32,000 nt of DNA. Source: Wolbachia endosymbiont strain TRS of Brugia malayi. Lineage in GTDB: Bacteria; Pseudomonadota; Alphaproteobacteria; Rickettsiales; Anaplasmataceae. The notes beneath the pieces are model-generated. The model saw nothing but the letters and a program-made list of their open reading frames with translations. It had not been told where the DNA came from and ran no database searches. Numbering within the stretch: the stretch's first letter is position 1; each line of letters begins with the position of its first letter. This document shows positions 18,237-27,553 of this stretch, one piece after another. The DNA is taken from NCBI RefSeq assembly GCF_000008385.1, contig NC_006833.1, positions 390,001 to 422,000 on the forward strand, written 5' to 3'. The position numbers and the translations under genes are program-made.

Positions 18237-18379
18237 TATAGAAAATAATCATAGAACATACTATATATCAATACAAAATTTTCTATTCAGCATTGTTTCT
18301 ATTATTTTAAAGAGTTGAAACACTGAAACTTTAAGCAAATGCGTTGCAGCTTTGTTTCAGTAGTAATTTAAACACATTC

Positions 18380-18720
18380 AGGACATTTCTTTATTTTGTA
18401 GGACATGTATAGTTTCTGATCATGATTTTTGTATAATCATGCAAATTTAGATTTTCTGAGCGCTGTATTTTTTTAAGACAACAAGCAAGGGTGTATAACC
18501 ATGTAGATCTTAGCTTGTAATATTGCTCCACTCCTTTCCTTATGAACATATTAATAGCATCTTTATTTCCTCCAATAGCAACTGTGTTAAAGCTAAAGCA
18601 ATATCTTCTTCTGTACTTGCCTTTATATACTTCTTAAATATATTATTTTCTTCATGAAGCGCAGCAAAAAATAGTGTTAACAGCTAAATAATTTCCTACA
18701 TCACCATGATCTGGAATGCG
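18380..18720 (-). pseudogene. ankyrin-repeat protein pseudogene (frameshifts and stops)
   Basis: Minus-strand frames give TLFFAALHEENNIFKKYIKAS, VAIGGNKDAINMFIRKGVEQ and DLHGYTPLLVVLKKYSAQKI. These fit the ANK consensus (G-TPLH-A...G..d.v..Li..Ga) but lie in different frames and are interrupted by stops. Confidence 0.4.
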
Positions 18721-19048
18721 AACTATGAAATCCTAAAAATTACGACAAATACGCACCTATTTCTTCAAATTTCTTAGCGTAAGAACATACTCCATAATAT
18801 TTTTTATTAACTCAAAGCTACCCCTTCTAGGTCACTATCACTTATTAGCATAATTACCTTTTCTTTAATTGAAATACGTGGCAATTATGTAGCGCTGGGT
18901 TCACTATGTCAAATATATAGTGCTACATATTATTAATATTAGACTTCTTACATAACCTAAACTAAAGGGTAGCTGCAGTATTTATGCCCCTTTTAGGTTT
19001 TTTTATTCTGAATGCTATCTACTTTTTTGCAACTAGTCCTTAGCCATA

Positions 19049-19531
19049 AATATTTAAGGAATTCACTAAATAGCACCGAACAGAAGAAATCTGTCAAATC
19101 AGGAAGAAATTCCTTAATTTAAGTTTTTAGTAATTTTTTAGTATAGTTGATAGTAAAAGTGCATTAGATGCATATCATAGAAGATAAAAAAACAACTAGG
19201 AACCCCAAAGGCAATTGCTGCTACTGTAAGAAAGTTACTAGGCAGAAAAAAAAGGCAAAAGATATTCCGTGTAGATAGTGTTTACTCTCTAATCCTGCAA
19301 ATTGGCATATTATACTATCTTAAACGCTTTATAAGCGAGTTTCAGCCTATATAGGTAAAAAATCTAGAAATGTTGTGAAGACATAAGGTACATATAGTGC
19401 AAAAAATTAAACATAAGGCGCCAACTACATAATACTTTGTCATTTAATCTGCATAGATTGAAGATAGCTGAACATCTTTAGGGCTATGGGGGACTGGCAA
19501 GGCTTGTTAAGTAATTTCTTCGTTTCTATAT
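19049..19531 (+). repeat. dispersed repeat copy B (deletion derivative of the copy A architecture)
   Basis: 19049-19140 aligns with 3651-3731. The fragment gaaccccaaaggcaattgctgctactgtaagaaagtta matches the start of the transposase remnant at 3733-3770. From 19228, aagaaagttactaggcagaaaaaaaaggcaaaag and the sequence onward align with 4070-4372. Confidence 0.6.
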
Positions 19532-19598
19532 GTCAACGTGCTGTCAAAAGTTCAGAAGTTTACTATGAAAAAAAGTCCTCTCAGCTTTAATGAATTAG

Positions 19599-21044
19599 CT
19601 ACCTTTCTATAAAAGACCTATCGACTGTTGCAATTATAGGCATAAATAAGAACGATAAGAGAGTACGGGATTGAGTAACTATATACACCTCAGCTGGCAT
19701 ACCAGGATACAGGTACACATTTTTAAACTGGACAAGCTCTGACTTTGGTATCACTACACGTACTGAATAATAACGTCCTAATCTTGGATCGTCGAGAGCA
19801 TCAGGAGAAATATGGCTTACTATACCATTAATTAAGCTTAAACGACGTGAACTGTAAGCACTTAACCGAACTTTAACCTTCAGCCCTTTTAAACCGTCAA
19901 TAGAGACTATATTACTATCTTTTTTTTGTGCAGAAATTATCTCCTCTATATTTCTAGTCTGGATTTTGGCGTCTATTATTAAGTCATCATTTGATGGCAC
20001 TATACTCATAATCGGAACACCAGACTGTATTACACCACCTTCTGTATGGTACCTTATATCTGTGACTATTCCATCTTGAGGCGATCTAATTACTGTACGC
20101 GCTAATGCATCTTCTGCAACCATTAGTCTTTCTTTCAAATCAGCAATAGATGTGTCAACTTCTTTAAGTTCAGTATTTGCTCTTTCCTGAGAATCATTTT
20201 TTACATTTATAATTTCTAATTCGTTCTCTCCAATTTTTTGCTGCACTTGAGATATTGCAGCACGGTAATAACCGACTTTACCTTCAATTTCGGCAAACTG
20301 TTTTTCTAAAGCTAAAATGTGTGGTTTGCCTATGTGACCATTGATAAGAAGCTTTCTTTTTGTTTCCAGTTCCTCAGCTATTAAATTATATTGTTTGAAT
20401 ACTGCACCCAACTGAGAATTTAGTCCCACTAACTCATTATGCAACTGCTTTATACGTTGTTGTAGTATGTCAGTTTTCCCTAATATACTCTTGCGCTGAG
20501 AGTTTAACAATTTTATCTGATTTTTCATCACTTTATTTGCAAGTTCATCATTGGATAATTTTTTAACTTCATCAGGAAATTCAACTGTGTCAAAATCTCC
20601 CCTAATCGCAATAAGTCTTGCTTCAGTTACCAAAAGTGATAAGAGTTTTTCTTTGATTATGCTTAAATTTGCCCTCTCATTAACATCACTTAACAAAACT
20701 AAAGGCTCACCTTTTTTAACTACCTGGCCCTCTTTGACCAAAATTTTGCTTATTATTCCCCCACCTAAGTGTTGAATTACCTTCCTATTTGAAGATACAA
20801 TCACCTCTCCACTTGCATGTACTGCCCCATCAATTGGAGCTACAGCCGACCAAATACCGCCTATTCCAAAAAAGATGAGTATCACTGCTAAACCAAAAAA
20901 TAGAGGCCCCCATGTTACCCTCAGGACCTCATTTACATTATTACCCTCACGCTTTAAAATAAAATTTACCATTGCATCAATTAATGCAAACGTTTTATCT
21001 AAAAATTTTGGATACTTCTTTTTTTTATTTTTTGTTCCTTGCAT
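19599..21044 (-). CDS. type I secretion system membrane fusion protein (HlyD family periplasmic adaptor)
   Basis: 481 aa with an N-terminal TM anchor (LFFGLAVILIFFGIGGIW), a lipoyl/hairpin domain (GEVIVSSNRKVIQHLGGGIISKILVKEGQVVKKGEPLVLL), a long coiled coil and a C-terminal beta-barrel ending PGMPAEVYI. Confidence 0.9.
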   Translation of the reverse strand: MQGTKNKKKKYPKFLDKTFALIDAMVNFILKREGNNVNEVLRVTWGPLFFGLAVILIFFGIGGIWSAVAPIDGAVHASGEVIVSSNRKVIQHLGGGIISKILVKEGQVVKKGEPLVLLSDVNERANLSIIKEKLLSLLVTEARLIAIRGDFDTVEFPDEVKKLSNDELANKVMKNQIKLLNSQRKSILGKTDILQQRIKQLHNELVGLNSQLGAVFKQYNLIAEELETKRKLLINGHIGKPHILALEKQFAEIEGKVGYYRAAISQVQQKIGENELEIINVKNDSQERANTELKEVDTSIADLKERLMVAEDALARTVIRSPQDGIVTDIRYHTEGGVIQSGVPIMSIVPSNDDLIIDAKIQTRNIEEIISAQKKDSNIVSIDGLKGLKVKVRLSAYSSRRLSLINGIVSHISPDALDDPRLGRYYSVRVVIPKSELVQFKNVYLYPGMPAEVYIVTQSRTLLSFLFMPIIATVDRSFIER

Positions 21045-21130
21045 GCTTACGTTATCACTATGGCCAAGTAGACCTGTAAAAAAAACAGCACTAAAATTTT
21101 TTTAACTTACTTATCATATACTACTGCAAA

Positions 21131-21146
21131 CTTGCGTTAACGCAAG
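21131..21146. promoter_or_regulatory. 16-bp perfect palindrome in the divergent hlyD-family / fabG intergenic region (candidate operator)
   Basis: cttgcgttaacgcaag is its own reverse complement. It lies 87 bp upstream of the HlyD-family start and about 200 bp upstream of the fabG ATG. Confidence 0.3.
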
Positions 21147-21346
21147 ATAACACATAAAAACAAAGGATCCATGACTTAAGTACTTAATTTAGGCCGTGTA
21201 ATATCAGAATAAACCATTTAGTAACAATCCCTGTGTTGTATTTTGATCAACTTAAGCTTTTGCGGATATCCAAGCTGCTCAATTTATGCAGAGATCTATT
21301 GCCAATCAGTCAATATTCTGTTAGTAGTCAGGAAAATAAAATTACC

Positions 21347-22081
21347 ATGTTTAGATTAGAAGGCAGAAAATTCCTAGTTACCGGTGCATCAGGTGGAATA
21401 GGGCAGGCAATTGTAAAAACTATGCATAAAGCTGGAGCAATTCTATGCGTTTCTGGTACAAAAAAAGAAACCCTAGAAGGAGTTGCTAAACTATATGAAA
21501 AAAATATTTATATACTTCCTTGTAATTTATTAAATACTGAGGAAGTAAACCAGCTAATAAATAGAGCAAGTAAGTTGATGGGAGGCTTAGATGGGCTTGT
21601 ATGTAATGCAGGCGTTACACAGGATAGTTTATTACTGAGAATGACAGATGAAGCATGGCAAAAAGTGGTTGATATTAACTTAAGTTCTACATTTAAACTC
21701 AACAGAGAAGCATATAAGAAACTAACTAAAAATAATTGGGGAAGAATTATAAATATTTCCTCAATAATAGGGCTGACAGGAAATGCTGGGCAAGCAAATT
21801 ATGCAGCGTCTAAGGCTGGCATCATAGCTATGAGCAAATCTATAGCAAAAGAAGTTGCAAGCCGCAATATAACAGTAAATTGCATTGCTCCTGGGTTTAT
21901 GGACACTAAGATGACTAAAATTTTAACTGAAGAACAAAAGAAAAAAATATTAGATAATATTCCAATGAAAAGAATGGGAACAGGAGAAGAAATAGCAGCA
22001 GGAGTTCTGTTTTTAGCAAGTGATGAGGCAAAATACATCACAGGACATGTGCTTAATATTAATGGTGGTTTATTTATGTAG
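21347..22081 (+). CDS. fabG: 3-oxoacyl-[acyl-carrier-protein] reductase FabG
   Basis: SDR protein with TGASGGIGQAI, NAG, and YAASKAG (the catalytic Y and K). I place the start at the ATG at 21347 (MFRLEGRKFLVTGAS), preceded by an agga Shine-Dalgarno-like element. The 38 extra N-terminal codons of the track ORF (from 21233) look non-coding. Confidence 0.9.
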   Translation: MFRLEGRKFLVTGASGGIGQAIVKTMHKAGAILCVSGTKKETLEGVAKLYEKNIYILPCNLLNTEEVNQLINRASKLMGGLDGLVCNAGVTQDSLLLRMTDEAWQKVVDINLSSTFKLNREAYKKLTKNNWGRIINISSIIGLTGNAGQANYAASKAGIIAMSKSIAKEVASRNITVNCIAPGFMDTKMTKILTEEQKKKILDNIPMKRMGTGEEIAAGVLFLASDEAKYITGHVLNINGGLFM

Positions 22082-22183
22082 TAACACCTTATGTATAGAC
22101 AAGCCATAAATTTTACTTTAAAATAAATATATGTAAACTAAAATTGTCTTTATTAAGCTAGTTTATTATTTGAAGGGAAAAAA

Positions 22184-22525
22184 ATGAACTCTATAACAAA
22201 AAAATTTTTTAGTGTTTTATGTGTAGTATTGCTTTTCTCTTTCTCAGGCTATGCAGTTACCACTGGCTCTGGTGTAGATGATACAACTGCCCAAGTAATA
22301 TGTAACATTATTGGGTATGTTTGGGGGATAGGTGGTCCACTCATGACAGTAGTAATAATTGGTGCGTCTTTGCTTGCAATATTTGGCAGAATGCCTTGGC
22401 CAGCTCTCTTTGCTTTAGGTATGTTTTGCGGTGTATTTTTTGGTGCTAAGGCAATCATAATGAACATCATGCCTAATGTAAGTGATAATGTAAAAGTCAT
22501 GTTGGAAAAGTGCGGAACAAAGTAA
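22184..22525 (+). CDS. TrbC/VirB2-family type IV secretion pilin-like protein
   Basis: 113 aa with a signal peptide (FFSVLCVVLLFSFSGYA) and two hydrophobic helices separated by a short loop (GGPLMTVVIIGASLLAIFGRMPWPALFALGMFCGVFFGAKAII). This is the size and topology of VirB2/TrbC pilins. Confidence 0.55.
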   Translation: MNSITKKFFSVLCVVLLFSFSGYAVTTGSGVDDTTAQVICNIIGYVWGIGGPLMTVVIIGASLLAIFGRMPWPALFALGMFCGVFFGAKAIIMNIMPNVSDNVKVMLEKCGTK

Positions 22526-22550
22526 CCTCTAAAAGTAAAGGCGGCTTTTA

Positions 22551-23831
22551 CTATTCATTGAACCGTTTCATATCTTCAATTTGCAACAAGTAGGGGCTAT
22601 CTTTTGGTAAATTTCTAACAGCTAACTCAGCATACTTTACAAATTGCTTTAAATTACCTTCAATACAAGCCTTCTTTGTTAAAGCAAAATAATGCATTGC
22701 TATATTAGCATCGCACTTATATGCAATGCCTAAATGTTTCCAGACAAAAGCATTGTTCGGTTCTACGCTTACAATTTGCTCTAGATGAAAAATTGCTTTC
22801 TTTATATCACCATACAATAATAAAGCATGGGATAATGCAAGTTTTACTAAGTAACTGTTTTTCTCAGATAAATACTTGAGTGATTCTTCATACATTTTTA
22901 CTGCTTCATTTAAATTTCCAGTCTTGTACAGCATTTCTGCTTTTAATTCATATAAGTACGGATCATTGCTTGACTCTTGAATCAGCGAATTAACTTTAGC
23001 AATAGCCTTTTTTATCTTTCCTTGCCTGTAGTAAATTACAGCACTCACATACTCAGAATTATCTTCATACTTATTAGATAACACATGGATAGGAGAAAAG
23101 AACGAGTCTAGCTTTGCAACCATACGTTTAAACCTTAATAATTTGTCTACAAGAATTGGTTTTACTTCGTTCTTAACCTTATAATTCTGTACAGCAAATA
23201 TGCGCTTACTACTAAGTGGATGAGTGCGGAAATACCCTTCAGCATTTTCATGTTCAATACCTCTAAAGTAGTCAAAAACCTCTTTCATACCTAAATTATC
23301 ATAGCCAGATTCATCAAGGTACTTCAAAGCATAGCTATCTGCTACACTCTCTTGCTCTTGAGAATAGTTAAAAAACAGCCTTGAACTTAGCGTCATACCA
23401 CTAAGCAAAATTGCGCTAGCAATCTGAGGATTAATGATAATAGTAGAAATCAGCCCTACCATATAACTAACTATTGCTATCGATTGAAAGTAACCCACAG
23501 CACTACTCATTTGTGATATATGACCAGCAGATATATGAGCAATCTCGTGTGCCAATATGCTAAGCAGAGCGTAAGGTTCGGTCGAATATTGCAAAAGCCC
23601 CAAGTGAATAAAAATACTATTATTATTAATTACGAAAGCATTGATCGAATTATCATTAATTATAAAAACTCTTATCCAGTTATCATCAATACCTGCAGCA
23701 GAAAATAAGGGGTGTGCTAGCTCTTTCACCACTGCCTCCACTTCACTATCTCTAATAACACTAATAGAGTAAGCGCTATTGCAATATACAAAAAAGAATA
23801 ATAGGATAAAAAACTTAGCAACTTTAAACAT
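22551..23831 (-). CDS. M48-family zinc metalloprotease with C-terminal TPR domain (BepA/YfgC-like)
   Basis: 426 aa with a signal peptide and the HExxH motif in LAHEIAHISAGH. The C-terminal half is TPR-like (YYRQGKIKKAIAKVN, AEMLYKTGNLNEAVKMYE, LLLYGDIKKAIFHLE). Confidence 0.85.
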   Translation of the reverse strand: MFKVAKFFILLFFFVYCNSAYSISVIRDSEVEAVVKELAHPLFSAAGIDDNWIRVFIINDNSINAFVINNNSIFIHLGLLQYSTEPYALLSILAHEIAHISAGHISQMSSAVGYFQSIAIVSYMVGLISTIIINPQIASAILLSGMTLSSRLFFNYSQEQESVADSYALKYLDESGYDNLGMKEVFDYFRGIEHENAEGYFRTHPLSSKRIFAVQNYKVKNEVKPILVDKLLRFKRMVAKLDSFFSPIHVLSNKYEDNSEYVSAVIYYRQGKIKKAIAKVNSLIQESSNDPYLYELKAEMLYKTGNLNEAVKMYEESLKYLSEKNSYLVKLALSHALLLYGDIKKAIFHLEQIVSVEPNNAFVWKHLGIAYKCDANIAMHYFALTKKACIEGNLKQFVKYAELAVRNLPKDSPYLLQIEDMKRFNE

Positions 23832-23902
23832 GAGAATTCTGTACTTGTATAGTTAGCAGGAATCTTATATTTTAACACTTAAATTATACAAATTTATAAA
23901 CG

Positions 23903-24556
23903 CTAGCTTAGTTTTTTAATGTAGCGTATAAGTTTATCGATGGTAGTTAACTTAATATTATGTTGTTCAGCAAATTTAAGCAATTCAGGCAAGCGCATCA
24001 TAGAACCGTCATCATTTACTAATTCACACCCTACAGCTGCATGATTATAGCCAATTAACTTTGCTATTTCAACACTTGCCTCAGTATGACCATTACGTGC
24101 TAAAACCCCACCATCGTTTGCAATAATAGGAAAAACATGACCAGGAGTAATAATATCATCTTGAGTACTCTTCCCGTCAATAGCAGTAAGTATCGTATGC
24201 GTTCTATCATGAGCAGAAACACCAGTTGCAATACCATAACGTGCATCGATCGATGTAGTGAATGCAGTATGAGGAGTAAGCTTTTCATCTATATTACTTC
24301 TTCTCATAAACTCAAGACCAAGCCTACCCATATGAAGCCTTGTCATAGCTAGAAATACAATACCAGTACCATACCTAACCATAAAAGCCACATGCTCTGG
24401 CTTTAGTTTTTCAGCTAAGACGATCAGATCACCTTCATTTTCTCTATTCTCATCATCAACTAAAATAAACAACTTACCAAAACGAGCATCTTCTAACACA
24501 TCTTCCACAGAAGAAATGCCGGGTAGACTTATTGATGCATACGTGGCCTGTACCAT
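23903..24556 (-). CDS. ribB: 3,4-dihydroxy-2-butanone 4-phosphate synthase (monofunctional)
   Basis: 217 aa with DDENRENEGDLI, TGIVFLAMT, HTAFTTSID and GHVFPI... RNGHTEA motifs. No GTP cyclohydrolase II domain is attached. Confidence 0.92.
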   Translation of the reverse strand: MVQATYASISLPGISSVEDVLEDARFGKLFILVDDENRENEGDLIVLAEKLKPEHVAFMVRYGTGIVFLAMTRLHMGRLGLEFMRRSNIDEKLTPHTAFTTSIDARYGIATGVSAHDRTHTILTAIDGKSTQDDIITPGHVFPIIANDGGVLARNGHTEASVEIAKLIGYNHAAVGCELVNDDGSMMRLPELLKFAEQHNIKLTTIDKLIRYIKKLS

Positions 24557-24559
24557 AAT

Positions 24560-25054
24560 TTACTTAAATTCAATCTTAACTATTTTATACAATTTCTCTC
24601 CGCTTGGCACTGTCACTTCCACGTATTCACCAACTTTTTTGCCGATTAAAGCACTACCCAAAGGTGAACTAGTAGATATCAACTGTTTTGAAACATCAGC
24701 CTCGTACTCACCTACAATTTTATAAATATATTCTACTTCACTATCATCGTCATTTAACATGCTCAATGTTACGGTTGCACCAAACATTACTGAATCACCG
24801 GACAAGTTTTTCACTTCTATTATTTCTGCATGTGAAAGCTTGTTTTCTAATTCCATTATACGACCTTCAATAAAACCTAACCTTTCCCGTGCAGCATGAT
24901 ACTCCGCATTTTCGGATAAATCACCTTGATCACGAGCATCAGAAATAGCTTGTATAATGGAAGGTTTTTCTTCCTTTAATTTCTCAAGTTCAGCTTGTAT
25001 ATGTTCAAAACCTTCTCTTGTTATAGGAAACTTTTTAATAATGGATGAAGACAT
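24560..25054 (-). CDS. greA: transcription elongation factor GreA
   Basis: 164 aa. The N-terminal coiled coil contains DARDQGDLSENAEYHAARERL, and the C-terminal domain contains ISTSSPLGSALIGKKVGE. Confidence 0.93.
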   Translation of the reverse strand: MSSSIIKKFPITREGFEHIQAELEKLKEEKPSIIQAISDARDQGDLSENAEYHAARERLGFIEGRIMELENKLSHAEIIEVKNLSGDSVMFGATVTLSMLNDDDSEVEYIYKIVGEYEADVSKQLISTSSPLGSALIGKKVGEYVEVTVPSGEKLYKIVKIEFK

Positions 25055-25062
25055 AACACTAC

Positions 25063-26604
25063 CTAAACGCCATTAAATTGAGCAACAAAATTACTCACAA
25101 TATTGAAAATATCATCTTTTATATCATCACTCATACTGTCTGACAACTTTTTTAAAACTTCAGGGTACGTAGTATGAAAATAATTAATAAGGTCATATTT
25201 GAATTTATTGATGTCACTTATTTGTATTCTACTTAACTGATCATACAGGTTAGAAAAAATGTACATCAGAACTACTTGCTCTTCCACTGGCATAGGTAAA
25301 TGCTGTTTCTGCTTTAATAGCTCAACAAGATATTTACCCTTATTTAAAGACAATTGAACACTAGCATCAAGATCAGAACCAAACTTTGCAAAATCTTCTA
25401 ATTCTCTATATTGAGCTAAACTTAACTTTATAGAACCAGCAACTTTTTTGACGGATTTCAATTGCGCAGCAGAACCAACCCGTGAAACTGATAAACCTAT
25501 ATTTACCGCAGGGCGAAATCCTTTATGAAACAATTCAGACTCAAGAAAGATTTGTCCATCGGTGATCGAAATCACGTTAGTTGGAACATATGCAGATACA
25601 TCACCAGCTTGAGTCTCAATAATTGGCAAAGCAGTTAGAGATCCTCGTCCTTTCTCATCAGACATTTTAGCAGCCCTTTCAAGCAAACGGGAATGCACAT
25701 AGAATATATCTCCAGGATAAGCTTCACGACCAGGAGGACGTCTCAGCAGTAAAGACATTTGCCTATATGCTACAGCATGCTTAGATAAATCATCATATAC
25801 CACCAAGCAATGCATCCCATTATCACGGAAAAATTCTCCAATAGTGCAACCAGCATAAGGCGCCAAAAACTGCATAGGTGCACAGTCAGATGCACTAGCC
25901 ACAACTACAGTGGTATATTCTAATGCTCCACTTTCTTTTAGCTTATTTACTACTTTTGCCACAGTTGAAATTTTTTGTCCAATAGCAACATAAACGCAGT
26001 AAACTTTCTGATTTTCGTCTACTTCATCATTAATCTTCTTTTGATTAACAATAGTATCAAGCGCAATAGTAGTTTTACCGATTTGTCTATCGCCGATAAC
26101 TAATTCACGCTGCCCTCTACCTATTGGAATCAGCAAATCTATAATTTTAATTCCTGTTTGCAGGGGCTCATGTACAGATTTACGGTCAATGATACCCGGT
26201 GCTTTAGATTCCATATCCATTCTGTTCTTAGATCTAATCTCCCCACTGTTATCTATAGAATGGCCCAATGCATTTACAACTCTTCCCAATAACTCATGCC
26301 CTACAGGCACTTGCATAACATCACCACTGCATTTTACAGTATCCCCTTCTTTCACGTCACGGTCATTACCAAGTACCACTATTCCAGCTGTATCATGATC
26401 CAAATCAAGCACTATTCCTTCTACACCACTTGTAAAAAATACCTTTTCACCGAATTTTGCTTTTTCAAGCCCATAAACCAATGCAATACCATCAGTCACT
26501 GAAATCACTTCACCTATATTTTCCTTTTTTATAGGGTTATCAAATGCCTCAACCTTCTCTCTTATTATATTTACTATCTCAGAAGTATTTATACTATTTT
26601 TCAT
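25063..26604 (-). CDS. atpA: F0F1 ATP synthase subunit alpha
   Basis: 513 aa with the Walker A motif [15 protein letters not shown], plus [21 protein letters not shown] and ITDGQIFL. Confidence 0.97.
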
Positions 26605-27161
26605 ATAAAATTCCTTGTTTTTAATATTTCCACTTTACTTAAATCAACTAACCTATCTAAGTAACTTTTCAACGAAGCATCAATTAAATTAAAACCATAC
26701 TTGACTATAAAACCACCTAGTATAGAAGGGTCAACCGCATTGTCCACTCTTACTATTTTACCAAGAAAGCTCAAAGATTCAGTAATTATTTTTATATTGG
26801 ATTCGCTTAAAGTTTCCGCTGACTTTATAGTAATTTCTAATTCATTCTCACTTTCTCTTACAAGAGTTAAGAACTTTTCTAATACAGAGATTAATAAATT
26901 AGAGCGCTTATTTGCAAATATAACTGCAATAAATTTCACTAAACTCTCACTCAAGTGTTCATTTACAGAAAATATTACTTCTTTTTTGCGTGCAAAAGAA
27001 ATCATAGGATGGGATAGATATATAAAGACATCATGTTGACTTTTAAAAAAAGCTAACAAAAATTCCACTTCTTTTCTCACAACACTTAGCTTATTCTCTG
27101 AGACAAGAAACAGCGCTCTAGCGTAAGATGAAACTAAATTATTGTATTGGGTCCTTTTCAT
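26601..27161 (-). CDS. atpH: F0F1 ATP synthase subunit delta (OSCP)
   Basis: 186 aa directly upstream of atpA with a 4-nt overlap. N-terminus SSYARALF and C-terminal [22 protein letters not shown] are typical of the delta subunit. Confidence 0.85.
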
Positions 27162-27190
27162 ACTAAATTATCTATATAAACCTTTCACTC

Positions 27191-27535
27191 TTAAGCCAAG
27201 CATTTTTTATATAGGCAGGCCCTCTTTGTTAAGGAAAGGAAGCATAAATCATATCTGATTGGATAATCTAAAAAACTAAGCTTCTCACTTAGGAAATATT
27301 TAGAGGAGTTTACAATAGATTGATACTGAAGATAAGATATTAATATATCTTCTCCAAGCAGGCTTGCTTTAACTTCTATAAAAATCAGCTCTTTTTTTTT
27401 AGATACAATTAAGTCAATTTCACTAAACTTACAACAATAACAGTATTTTATAACATAATACCATTTCAACTTCAAATATAATAAAATTAATAACTCATCA
27501 AAATAACCTACAAAACAGTGCAATCTACTCACCAT
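27191..27535 (-). CDS. YraN family (UPF0102) endonuclease-like protein
   Basis: 114 aa with the motif SEIDLIVSKKKELIFIEVKA (GEIDLI...lvFVEVK pattern) followed by IRYDLCF. The size is typical for the family. Confidence 0.6.
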   Translation of the reverse strand: MVSRLHCFVGYFDELLILLYLKLKWYYVIKYCYCCKFSEIDLIVSKKKELIFIEVKASLLGEDILISYLQYQSIVNSSKYFLSEKLSFLDYPIRYDLCFLSLTKRACLYKKCLA

Positions 27536-27553
27536 AAGAAACTATGATAATAA

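Noticed and set aside
20551-21105. Plus-strand ORFs 20551-20775 and 20875-21105
   Set aside because: They are antisense to the HlyD-family gene; the second spills slightly into the intergenic region but has no start context or recognisable features.
21233-21346. 38-codon N-terminal extension of fabG in the ORF track
   Set aside because: FabG homologues begin close to the TGASGGIG glycine-rich motif. An internal ATG at 21347 with an upstream agga gives the canonical length of about 244 aa, and the extension uses a non-ATG start with unprotein-like sequence.
21508-22500. Minus-strand ORFs 21508-21702, 21799-22107 and 22249-22500
   Set aside because: They are antisense to fabG and to the VirB2-like gene.
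23832-24559. Looked for an FMN riboswitch upstream of ribB
   Set aside because: ribB starts 3 bp after the greA stop, so there is no leader that could hold a riboswitch.
23520-24873. ORFs 23520-23708, 24100-24288, 24137-24352, 24516-24725 and 24688-24873
   Set aside because: Four are antisense to the M48 protease, ribB or greA, and 24100-24288 is an alternative frame on the ribB coding strand. All three genes have clear motifs.
26189-27039. Plus-strand ORFs 26189-26398, 26296-26502 and 26701-27039
   Set aside because: They are antisense to atpA and atpH.
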